Below, piece by piece: positions 1 through 7,144 of a stretch of DNA of 64,000 nucleotides. The DNA is taken from the sequence record OR805293.1. One strand, 5' to 3'. The position numbers and the translations under genes are program-made. The notes beneath the pieces were generated by a model that was not told where the DNA came from, did not search any database, and saw only the letters and a list, made by a program, of their open reading frames with translations. Position 1 is the stretch's first letter. The number at the start of each line of letters is the position of its first letter.

Positions 1-25
1 TAAAAGAAAGAAATAATTTAGTTTC

Positions 26-85
26 TTTTTCATTATCTTTTTCATTATCTTTTTCATTTTCATTATCTTTTTCATTTTCTTTATC
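26..85. repeat. Ten tandem hexamers WTTWTC (GAWAAW on the minus strand)
   Basis: tttttc attatc tttttc attatc tttttc attttc attatc tttttc attttc tttatc: strict 6-bp periodicity. Confidence 0.9.
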
Positions 86-103
86 TTTTATCATTGCAAA
101 TAC

Positions 104-213
104 AAATAATAATTATTCTTATTTGCATTTAGTGATGTAAATAATTCTTATTTGTAATTGCGATTAATTCTTATTTGCTACAATAGATAGAATAAGAATA
201 ATTCACATTTGCA
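104..213. promoter_or_regulatory. Cluster of four Fur-box-like 10-1-10 palindromes
   Basis: 21-mers at 104 (AAATAATAAT-T-ATTCTTATTT), 133, 156 and 190 (GAATAAGAAT-A-ATTCACATTT), mostly followed by GCA or GTA. Confidence 0.65.
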
Positions 214-499
214 ATGCCGCTAAAAGCGCTGTAAGCGCTGTATGTTGCGTAGTAATGCTAAGCAATGCATTAGTACAGCTACGCGCACAAACGCTGTTAT
301 ATGCGCTTGTAGCGCGTTTTAGGGCCCATGCGCATGCGTACACCTGTAGCTTTACATAGCAAAATGCAGAAAAGACGTCGTCTATTGACGTGCCTGTCTT
401 AATAGAAATATACAATTGTACAATACCTGTGAAATCCTACACACTACAGACATGCAAACAAGCAATGTGCTTGCAAGCATAAAAGTTTTTAAAAAGTAG

Positions 500-528
500 T
501 AGACATTGTGTAGCATCCCTAGTAAGCT
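500..528 (+). promoter_or_regulatory. sigma70-type early promoter
   Basis: TAGACA-17-TAAGCT, upstream of GGAG RBS (551) and ATG 563. Confidence 0.7.
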
Positions 529-562
529 ACACACACATAAACAACACAACGGAGTACAAGCT

Positions 563-1018
563 ATGTCTAATGTAAGCATCCCTGCAGTAACGGTAGAGAA
601 CATCGGCACCCTGCGCATTGTGCGCACCGCTAACAAGGAGGTCGGAAGTGTGCTCGACCTAAAAGTTAACGGGGTAGTAGTAGGGCAAGCTTTCCCGCTC
701 TACAGCACAAAAACCCAGCGTAGCTGGAACGCAAGCATGCACGCTACCGTTAACGGTGTAGAGGTGCAGTTTGCACAGGAAGGCGTGTTCAGTGCAATCC
801 GCATTGCACGGGCGTTCGAGGATGCAGTAAAGCATGCCGTTAGCAACGGCGAGCAAGGGCAACCCCTCCCCGCGCCGGCGGCGCAGTCCGATGCCCCGGC
901 AACGGCAGAAGCGCAAGCAGAAGCCCCGGCGGCGCAGACCGAGGATGCGCCGGAGACCCTGGCAGCCGAAGCTAAGCCCGCCCGCAAAGGCGGCAGCAAA
1001 GGCGGCAGCAAAAAGTAA
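563..1018 (+). CDS. Early hypothetical protein with Ala/Lys/Pro-rich tail; paralog of 7145..7582
   Basis: RBS GGAGT 551-555 favours ATG 563 over 506; shares NGVxVG, TKTQRxW and GVFSAIRIARAxE with 7145..7582; GC-rich codons. Confidence 0.9.
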   Translation: MSNVSIPAVTVENIGTLRIVRTANKEVGSVLDLKVNGVVVGQAFPLYSTKTQRSWNASMHATVNGVEVQFAQEGVFSAIRIARAFEDAVKHAVSNGEQGQPLPAPAAQSDAPATAEAQAEAPAAQTEDAPETLAAEAKPARKGGSKGGSKK

Positions 1019-1031
1019 GCGCTGCTAACAC

Positions 1032-1060
1032 AGGAAAGGGGCAACTGCCCCTTTCCTTTT
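1032..1060 (+). terminator. Rho-independent terminator, cassette type
   Basis: aggaaaggggc-aact-gcccctttcct followed by ttt. Confidence 0.9.
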
Positions 1061-1146
1061 ATGTCCTAGTTGTAAATGCAAATTAATCTTATTTGCATTT
1101 GCACAAGTCATTCTCCTGTTGCATTACTGCTTTAAGATGTTAGTAT
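1037..1146 (+). repeat. 110-bp intergenic cassette, copy 1 (terminator, Fur-like box at 1074-1094, promoter TTGCAT-16-TAGTAT)
   Basis: Direct repeat of 1621..1730 with 4 mismatches. Confidence 0.95.
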
Positions 1147-1172
1147 ATATGTAGCTATACGGAGTAATTGCT

Positions 1173-1324
1173 ATGAAGCGCAAGTACCTAAAGGCACAGT
1201 TCGAGCATGTTAGTGCCAAGCTCGCCTGCAGCGTATGTTCGAAGAACTCGGTTGCAAGCCCGATGCTTGCTCTGCTAGCATGTACGAGGATAAGACGCAC
1301 ATCACATTAGCCTGGAGCAAGTAA
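1173..1324 (+). pseudogene. Small early gene, possibly frameshifted
   Basis: GGAG RBS and ATG 1173; frame 0 stops at 1310 (45 aa); the -1 frame (ARLQRMFEELG...AWSK) runs to TAA 1324, directly abutting ATG 1325. Confidence 0.4.
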
Positions 1325-1615
1325 ATGGATATGTCGATTGTGAACAAGCGCTTCGAGAAAGAACTAGCGCTGTTTAATGTCGAAGTTCTCGGTAAGCGCA
1401 CAGTGAATCATATAACGAAACCGAACATCGAAGTTTCGTTCAAACTAAAGGGTCATACTACTGAAGAAGAGATGACCACTGTTACTCAGCTCGCACGTCC
1501 CATTATGGAGTATGTAAGCGGACGTAGGGTGGTCTGGGCACACACCAGTCTTTGGCGTGCAATGAAAGACGACCTCGAAGTAGCAGTGCTGACAATGAAG
1601 TTATCCAAACAATAA
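1325..1615 (+). CDS. Hypothetical early protein (96 aa)
   Basis: ORF with GGAG at 1314; followed by cassette terminator. Confidence 0.85.
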   Translation: MDMSIVNKRFEKELALFNVEVLGKRTVNHITKPNIEVSFKLKGHTTEEEMTTVTQLARPIMEYVSGRRVVWAHTSLWRAMKDDLEVAVLTMKLSKQ

Positions 1616-1620
1616 GAGAT

Positions 1621-1730
1621 AGGGGCAACTGCCCCTTTCCTTTTATGTCCTAGTTGTAAACGCAAATTAATCTTATTTGCATTTGCACAAGTCAATCTCC
1701 TGTTGCATTACTGCGGTAAGATGTTAGTAT
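1621..1730 (+). repeat. 110-bp intergenic cassette, copy 2 (terminator, Fur-like box at 1658-1678, promoter)
   Basis: Direct repeat of 1037..1146. Confidence 0.95.
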
Positions 1731-1770
1731 GTGTTTAGCAGTAACACATAACTAGCAGGAGCAATAGACA

Positions 1771-2019
1771 ATGGCTAAAGTATTGCATGTTGACAGCATC
1801 GGCAACATCGCCGAAATGTTTACATCTGTAGACCTCGATAGCGCCTTGTTGTACGCAATCAAGCGCTGTGCAATGATGGGCAAGGTTAATGTTGTTGGTC
1901 CCAACGCTCCTGTGTTTGCTATCCACTACGACGCACTGACAGCGTACGACGTGCAGTGGCGCCTCATTCCTCCGGGCTGCGGCGTTACCGTGTACGTCAT
2001 TGCCGAAGACAGCAATTAA
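1771..2019 (+). CDS. Hypothetical early protein (82 aa)
   Basis: RBS AGCAGGAG 1754-1761; directly downstream of cassette promoter. Confidence 0.85.
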   Translation: MAKVLHVDSIGNIAEMFTSVDLDSALLYAIKRCAMMGKVNVVGPNAPVFAIHYDALTAYDVQWRLIPPGCGVTVYVIAEDSN

Positions 2020-2030
2020 GGAGAGACACC

Positions 2031-2333
2031 ATGAATCTCGTTCATTTGTGGATCGACGGGCGTGCTGTGACTGCCCGCAAGGTTGTCAGTAAACACACTG
2101 TCCGCAATCCGAACAGTCCGATCGATATCGAGACTATCGACGTTGTTCGACTGCGTCTGCCCCGCGGTGTGCGTGCTAGCAGTTGGGCACTCCGCAAGGC
2201 AGTGTACCAGCTCATGGAGCAAAGCTGTAGCTGCTCGAGAGACTGTTGTGGACACTGGTTCGGCGGTGCACGCAAGATCTACATTAACGGCAGAGACATC
2301 AGTGTCGTTGCCGGGTACCAGCGCAATTACTAA
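2031..2333 (+). CDS. Hypothetical protein with CSCSxDCCGHWF Cys motif (100 aa)
   Basis: RBS AAGGAG favours ATG 2031 over 1956; ends at terminator. Confidence 0.85.
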   Translation: MNLVHLWIDGRAVTARKVVSKHTVRNPNSPIDIETIDVVRLRLPRGVRASSWALRKAVYQLMEQSCSCSRDCCGHWFGGARKIYINGRDISVVAGYQRNY

Positions 2334-2401
2334 AGGAAAAGGGGCAACTGCCCCTTTCCTTTTATCCATTAATGTGTAAACGCGAATAATTCTTATTTGC
2401 A
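2332..2401 (+). terminator. Cassette terminator followed by Fur-like box (2378-2398)
   Basis: ggggcaactgcccctttccttttat, same core as 1037 and 1621; AAACGCGAAT-A-ATTCTTATTT-GCA. Confidence 0.85.
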
Positions 2402-2482
2402 CAGGTCATTGAGATGCGAATGCAAACAAGAGGCATTCTTGATACGGTCGGGTGATAAGAATTGTTCACAAAAAGAAAAAGC

Positions 2483-2510
2483 TTGCGTTATGCTACACAG
2501 GTGCTAGTAT
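2483..2510 (+). promoter_or_regulatory. sigma70-type early promoter
   Basis: TTGCGT-16-TAGTAT with TGn extended -10. Confidence 0.65.
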
Positions 2511-2552
2511 GTGTATTGCAGTATCTATAAACATTAATAGCAGGATAAGAAA

Positions 2553-2873
2553 ATGGTTGACTTTAAAGGTTTTAACTGGGACGCACTAGTCCCGGAGGGC
2601 AACGTTTCCACAGTTTCCATTAAAAATCACTACGAGGAACTCCTACAAAGTTTTGTTGACAACGGCATAGACTATGTGTTAGTCCGGCTGTCCCAGGAAC
2701 TGCCGCACTACGAGGATTCAGACTATCCCTGCTACAAATTAGTTGACAAGTATGCAGGATGGATAGTAGGCTGGGACTACTACGGATTTGTTGTGGAACG
2801 CATGGACACGCACCTTTTCTTTGACAACTGCACTGCAAAGGGTGTAATGGACTTCCTGGAAGCCAACGGCTAG
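2553..2873 (+). CDS. Small acidic early protein (106 aa)
   Basis: Own promoter, RBS (GCAGGA) and terminator; about 18 D/E versus 7 K/R. Confidence 0.85.
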   Translation: MVDFKGFNWDALVPEGNVSTVSIKNHYEELLQSFVDNGIDYVLVRLSQELPHYEDSDYPCYKLVDKYAGWIVGWDYYGFVVERMDTHLFFDNCTAKGVMDFLEANG

Positions 2874-2875
2874 CA

Positions 2876-2908
2876 CAAAAAGGAAGGGGCGCAAGCCCTT
2901 TTCTTTTG
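2876..2908 (+). terminator. Rho-independent terminator
   Basis: caaaaaggaaggggc-gcaa-gcccttttcttttg. Confidence 0.8.
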
Positions 2909-2921
2909 TCTGCAATTTCTG

Positions 2922-3168
2922 TGCAAATAAGAACTATTACAGTTGTGGTAAAAGCACAATGCAAATAAGACGCATTCTTGATTAGGCCTGATAATAAGTT
3001 CTTATTAACAACAAAGAAACTGAATAAGAATAATTCTGAAAAAATAACCCTGCAGCGTAACACAAAGAACATGCAATTTGCAAGCCCTTTTTAATACACA
3101 TTTGTTAAGATTAGTTCTTATTTGTAATGATATTATTCCTGCCACGCAAATAAGAATTAATCTTAGAA
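2922..3168. promoter_or_regulatory. Non-coding cluster of five Fur-box-like sites
   Basis: 21-mers at 2925, 2963, 3022, 3103 and 3148. Confidence 0.6.
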
Positions 3169-3203
3169 CAAATATTCACTTGATTTTTCTCCCAATATAG
3201 TGT

Positions 3204-3620
3204 ATGTCTATATTAGATAAGATTAAGTCTTGTTTGCTTGTTACATTTTACATGTTGCAATGCCAAGGCAATGACAATATTATATGTACAGCAACACAAA
3301 ACAGGAGTTATAACGTGTCAGCAGAATTGAAGCGGTTGTTGGAGATTTTTCCAACCTTTAAATCATTCATTTATGCTAAAGGGGCATATGGCATTGATGT
3401 TTGGAAGGCTACGGGTAGTGTTACTTTGGAACAGGTATCCAATGCTGTTAATGCAGGTAATGCTGAATGGCAATGTAAGGGTGATCCAACTTGCAGCCTG
3501 GAACAAAACAGCATGTATATTTTCATTACTATTCAGGAACCAGACTACACAGGAATGGTTGATATTGATGTTTGTGTAAAGATTACTAACGGTAATGAAG
3601 TAAGTTATCAAATAGCATAA
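3204..3620 (+). CDS. Hypothetical protein (138 aa; start uncertain)
   Basis: ORF ending at a cassette terminator. Confidence 0.75.
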   Translation: MSILDKIKSCLLVTFYMLQCQGNDNIICTATQNRSYNVSAELKRLLEIFPTFKSFIYAKGAYGIDVWKATGSVTLEQVSNAVNAGNAEWQCKGDPTCSLEQNSMYIFITIQEPDYTGMVDIDVCVKITNGNEVSYQIA

Positions 3621-3621
3621 T

Positions 3622-3655
3622 AAAGGAAAGGGGATTAATTCCCCTTTCCTTTTAT
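3622..3655 (+). terminator. Cassette-type terminator
   Basis: aaaggaaagggattaattcccctttcctttt. Confidence 0.8.
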
Positions 3656-3670
3656 GTATAATATACTTAT

Positions 3671-3720
3671 AAATAAGAATTAATTTTATTTAATTAAAAT
3701 TAGAATAATTCTTATTTGCA
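3671..3720. promoter_or_regulatory. Two tandem Fur-box-like sites
   Basis: AAATAAGAAT-T-AATTTTATTT (3671) and AAATTAGAAT-A-ATTCTTATTT-GCA (3697). Confidence 0.65.
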
Positions 3721-3838
3721 CGATCCCGCGCTTATAACACAAGTATGTTACAAAAGCAAGAATAAAATTAACTTGACACCTATATGTAGAATATAGCACA
3801 ATGTGTTTATAAATTATATTACTACAGGAGTGTTAACC

Positions 3839-4210
3839 ATGTTCAAATGCAAATTGTTTGTAATAGATCCTATTTATAACAACCTTTGCTACACTCAACA
3901 AATATGGCTCGAAAGTGACGTAAATGTGTGTAGTCAAATAAAGCGTATTATTTCTAACGCAGAATTGGCATGCGCAAATAGGATAGTAAATAATCCTCAT
4001 AGTCCACTATGCGTTAAATCGGCAGCATTAAAAATGGTTATGGACGGGCGCATTGACATCGAACTCAAAGATGTCAATAGTTACGTTGATCAATATAAAG
4101 ACATTCTCCCTAGCACAAATATTTTGGGTGTTTTTAAACCGACGTTTTTATCTAACTGGAAAGAAGAGTGTGAACTTTATTTCCTTACTTGGGTTGAAAA
4201 AGACAATTAA
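3839..4210 (+). CDS. Hypothetical protein (123 aa)
   Basis: RBS CAGGAG favours ATG 3839. Confidence 0.8.
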   Translation: MFKCKLFVIDPIYNNLCYTQQIWLESDVNVCSQIKRIISNAELACANRIVNNPHSPLCVKSAALKMVMDGRIDIELKDVNSYVDQYKDILPSTNILGVFKPTFLSNWKEECELYFLTWVEKDN

Positions 4211-4221
4211 TATAATATAAT

Positions 4222-4509
4222 ATGGAAGATGATTTAAAAAATATTGTTTCGAAGACTATCTTATCTAATAAAATTAAGATAGTCTCTTTACGTACTGTAG
4301 TAAAAACTCAGTATAAAAGAGTAGACTTCCATTATAAGATAGAATGTGAAAATAGTTCTACAAAACGTAATTTGGTGCTTGCCCGTATATGCAAACCATT
4401 AGAACACACATTAGGTTCAAAACTTGTTTATGTAGATGTTGTGCCTATCAAGTTTAAGAAAGATGAAATGCCATCTACTATTCTATCGGTAAGTGTAATG
4501 ACTAGTTGA
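4222..4509 (+). CDS. Hypothetical basic protein (95 aa)
   Basis: ORF directly after 3839..4210. Confidence 0.7.
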   Translation: MEDDLKNIVSKTILSNKIKIVSLRTVVKTQYKRVDFHYKIECENSSTKRNLVLARICKPLEHTLGSKLVYVDVVPIKFKKDEMPSTILSVSVMTS

Positions 4510-4531
4510 TATTTGGATTTGATTTTTGGAA

Positions 4532-4630
4532 ATATAATAGTAATTCTTATTTGCAATTATAATAAATTCTTGTTTACTTTTAAAATAAAAGCAAATTCTA
4601 GTTGCATAGCTAGCGGCACTGTGCTAGTAT
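4532..4630 (+). promoter_or_regulatory. Two Fur-like boxes (4532, 4555) upstream of a sigma70 promoter
   Basis: ATATAATAGT-A-ATTCTTATTT-GCA; TTGCAT(4602)-17-TAGTAT(4625) with TGn. Confidence 0.7.
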
Positions 4631-4659
4631 ATTAAAAAATAAAGACAGGAGTGTTATAC

Positions 4660-4842
4660 ATGCAAACCAAAGCAACTGAGTTGGCAGTAGGTGATGTTGT
4701 TTTCTACAACGGCATGAAAATGACTATCCAGAAAATTTCTAAAGGTCGGTGTGCAATAGATATTACACTAGTAAATACTTTGGCTAAACTCACATCTTAT
4801 GTGACAGTCGACTACGACGAAGAATTTGAAGAAGTATTATAA
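4660..4842 (+). CDS. Small protein, possible SH3/KOW-like beta-barrel (60 aa)
   Basis: RBS CAGGAG favours ATG 4660; ATELAVGDVV pattern. Confidence 0.8.
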   Translation: MQTKATELAVGDVVFYNGMKMTIQKISKGRCAIDITLVNTLAKLTSYVTVDYDEEFEEVL

Positions 4843-4860
4843 TGCAGAAATTATAGTCAT

Positions 4861-4887
4861 AAGAAAAGGGGCATTGCCCCTTTTCTT
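4861..4887. terminator. Bidirectional terminator
   Basis: aagaaaaggggc-att-gccccttttctt between convergent genes. Confidence 0.9.
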
Positions 4888-5125
4888 ATAGTCCCAACAA
4901 ATGCTTGCCACTTTTGACTTGCATCATACGTACTTTCTTTTTGCGCATTTGCGTTCTTACGTTCAGGCTGTTGGGACCTTTGAAGCTATACAGTATTTCA
5001 GTAGTCCCGTCTTCATAGTTGCGTACCACATTTGCAACAATTTGACTACCTTCCTGGAACGCTTCGATAAACACGCAGTAATTGAAATTTTCCTTGTTAG
5101 CGTTATGTGCGCGTAGTTGCATCAT
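4886..5125 (-). CDS. Hypothetical early protein (79 aa)
   Basis: Minus-strand RBS GCAGGAG; promoter TTGCAT-16-TATACT at 5191-5164. Confidence 0.85.
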   Translation of the reverse strand: MMQLRAHNANKENFNYCVFIEAFQEGSQIVANVVRNYEDGTTEILYSFKGPNSLNVRTQMRKKKVRMMQVKSGKHLLGL

Positions 5126-5269
5126 TTTCTGTTACTCCTGCGTTGTTTTGCTTTGTTATGTGTAGTATACGCTATGTGTGTACTAATGCAAGAATTTTCT
5201 TCCATTTTCTTTCAAATAAAATGTTATTAGCATCTATTTTGTTATAACATTTTCTACTACTTCATGTTT

Positions 5270-5296
5270 TGCAAATAAGAATTATTCGCATTTGCA
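5270..5296. promoter_or_regulatory. Best Fur-box-like palindrome (13-1-13), between divergent promoters
   Basis: TGCAAATAAGAAT-T-ATTCGCATTTGCA; 2 mismatches between arms. Confidence 0.7.
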
Positions 5297-5479
5297 TTCC
5301 TACCTATCTGCCTAAAATTTAGGCAGCCTGGGTGATTGTCTCCCCCGCCCCCATTACTGGTCTCTGTATAAAGATAATAGCATATTTGTATCTGCATGCA
5401 AGTATTTTTTGTAGAATTTTCCTCTTGACATTCCTTGCTATAGGCTACATTATGCACACACAAAGCAGGAGATACCATT

Positions 5480-5860
5480 ATGGCACTCATAGCATTAGTA
5501 GCAACTGCATATGACAAAGAAGGCGATAAGTTCGACTATGTTCGATATCTTAAAGCTCATATCAATTTTGTTTCTGCTCAAGATCAACTGAAAGAATGGA
5601 TCAAAAACAAAATTGATGCAAGTATAGCAGAAGTTAAAATCGGATTACGTGCAGAAATCGAAGTATTGGCCTATTTGGGAAACTATATAAGCCATAGTCA
5701 ACGGATTATTAGTCCCGCCGGGATCATCATGTACATTGTCCTTGATGAGAAGTATGTTAATGAACTTCACGGTCAAATTTCTAATGCAATCGATTGTGAA
5801 GAAAAGAAACATGTAATAAAGAAAGAAGAAAACGTCACTTATATTGATTTTAAAAAATAA
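5480..5860 (+). CDS. Hypothetical protein (126 aa)
   Basis: RBS AGCAGGAG; TTGACA at 5425. Confidence 0.85.
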   Translation: MALIALVATAYDKEGDKFDYVRYLKAHINFVSAQDQLKEWIKNKIDASIAEVKIGLRAEIEVLAYLGNYISHSQRIISPAGIIMYIVLDEKYVNELHGQISNAIDCEEKKHVIKKEENVTYIDFKK

Positions 5861-5861
5861 C

Positions 5862-5890
5862 TTGCATTAGCTGTAATGTATATGTATTAT
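5862..5890 (+). promoter_or_regulatory. sigma70 promoter with no RBS-bearing ORF downstream
   Basis: TTGCAT-17-TATTAT. Confidence 0.7.
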
Positions 5891-5896
5891 GTACTC

Positions 5897-6053
5897 AAGT
5901 TTGCAGCAAGACATATTAATTTGTTTTGCTGTTAGTTGTAACTCCTGCTACCAAGTATGTGTTGAGCTAATGCTCCTGACTTGGTTCTTGGTACACTGGT
6001 TTGGGTGTACCGTTCTTGAGCTGCAAAGGGCTTGCCCGGAGCAGCTTTTTTTT
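5897..6053 (+). ncRNA. Candidate small RNA (~155 nt)
   Basis: Own promoter; hairpins gcaagaca/tgttttgc, ccaagt/acttgg, ggtacac/gtgtacc; terminator agctgc-aaa-ggg(cttg)ccc-gga-gcagct-T7; no RBS-ORF. Confidence 0.55.
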
Positions 6054-6133
6054 GACCAATATTATTCATTTGACAAAAAATAATAATTAAAAATATAATA
6101 GCTTAGTGTATAACTTCCTATATTAGGCTAATT

Positions 6134-6505
6134 ATGAAATTTGTTATTGCTGCTATTGCATTGTCTTTGTCCACACTAGTTTCTGCAGAATCTATTTCTG
6201 AAGTTAAGATAACTAAAGAAACATGCCTTACACTTCTGGAATTATCTAAGATTCATGTTGATATAGTAGTAAATGAACATATGAATGCAATACAAATTGC
6301 ATCTCATATGGATATTGTATCTAATTTATATAAGAATGATAATAGTAAATGGCTTGCGTTCTTGCAGGCTCAAGCAAATATTTCAAAATTAATTGATAAC
6401 GTATATGAGTTTTCATCTACCGAAGAAAGAAAGATTATTCCTCTAGCCATATTTAACGGTTGTATGGAAAGAGTTGGTAATACTTTTGAAATATATAAGA
6501 AATAA
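6134..6505 (+). CDS. Putative exported (periplasmic) protein (123 aa)
   Basis: Sec-type signal MKFVIAAIALSLSTLVSA; two Cys; promoter TTGACA-18-TATAAT at 6070-6099. Confidence 0.85.
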   Translation: MKFVIAAIALSLSTLVSAESISEVKITKETCLTLLELSKIHVDIVVNEHMNAIQIASHMDIVSNLYKNDNSKWLAFLQAQANISKLIDNVYEFSSTEERKIIPLAIFNGCMERVGNTFEIYKK

Positions 6506-6506
6506 T

Positions 6507-6812
6507 ATGTATGTATATGTAGTCCACGGAATAGTCAATACAGGCGTTGAGACTAATATTTGTGATATAGAACGTTACGTTACAGTTAACGACTTCCATG
6601 CTGTAGCAAAGTTTCTTAATTTTAAAGGATATATAGCAGCAAACACAGAATTATATATACGATTAATTGTTTCTGGATTGAATATTAAAAAGAACATATT
6701 AGAAATGAATTTATCCAAAAAAGAATATGTAGTATCAGGCTTTAAAGTTACATCAACTGATATAAATGAAGAATATTACCTGTGTAGAAGGATATTTAAG
6801 TTACATGAATGA
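6507..6812 (+). CDS. Hypothetical protein (101 aa)
   Basis: ATG 1 nt after the upstream stop. Confidence 0.75.
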   Translation: MYVYVVHGIVNTGVETNICDIERYVTVNDFHAVAKFLNFKGYIAANTELYIRLIVSGLNIKKNILEMNLSKKEYVVSGFKVTSTDINEEYYLCRRIFKLHE

Positions 6813-6930
6813 ATTTATATTAAAATCCCTTTTATTAACTTCAGTTGTCAGTGCTGGCATACTACTGTTATTCAGTATTATTTCATTGTTAATGTTTGGC
6901 TTAGCACCGATAGTTCCATTCCTTATTTAA
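6805..6930 (+). CDS. Small hydrophobic membrane peptide (41 aa)
   Basis: MNEFILKSLLLTSVVSAGILLLFSIISLLMFGLAPIVPFLI; 8-nt overlap with upstream gene; below the ORF-track cutoff. Confidence 0.65.
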   Translation: MNEFILKSLLLTSVVSAGILLLFSIISLLMFGLAPIVPFLI

Positions 6931-6951
6931 TTTTAATTATTTGCAAGCAAA

Positions 6952-6975
6952 TGCAAATGCGAATAATTCTTATTA
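6952..6975. promoter_or_regulatory. Fur-box-like site
   Basis: TGC-AAATGCGAAT-A-ATTCTTATTA. Confidence 0.6.
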
Positions 6976-7144
6976 TCCAGCAGGCCACCGTACCTAATCT
7001 TCGTTAGATAAAATCTATTAGAATCTACAAAGTCCATTAAAACGTTCAATTGTACATGGTGGCCAGATCTGCATATACTACACACATGAAGCAAGCAAAC
7101 AGCGCTTCATAAACAAACCCAAATACAGCTAGGAGTTCCAAATC

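Noticed and set aside
203-1044. ORFs 203..415(-), 382..636(-), 659..916(-), 700..1044(-) and 834..1028(+)
   Set aside because: No RBS or promoter. Most are shadows of the GC-rich gene 563..1018, where stop codons are rare in other frames; 203..415 spans the non-coding hairpin region.
1037-2401. Repeats with unique intervening sequence, suggesting a CRISPR array
   Set aside because: The repeats are about 110-bp terminator/promoter units, the intervals are 500-700 bp and protein-coding, and no cas genes are present.
5218-5253. Zur-box-like arms (AAATGTTAT / ATAACATTT)
   Set aside because: The arms are 16 nt apart rather than the 3 nt of a Zur box; kept only as a generic inverted repeat.
5889-6083. 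64-aa ORF in the track
   Set aside because: It starts inside the -10 box, has no RBS and runs through a terminator; better explained as an sRNA.
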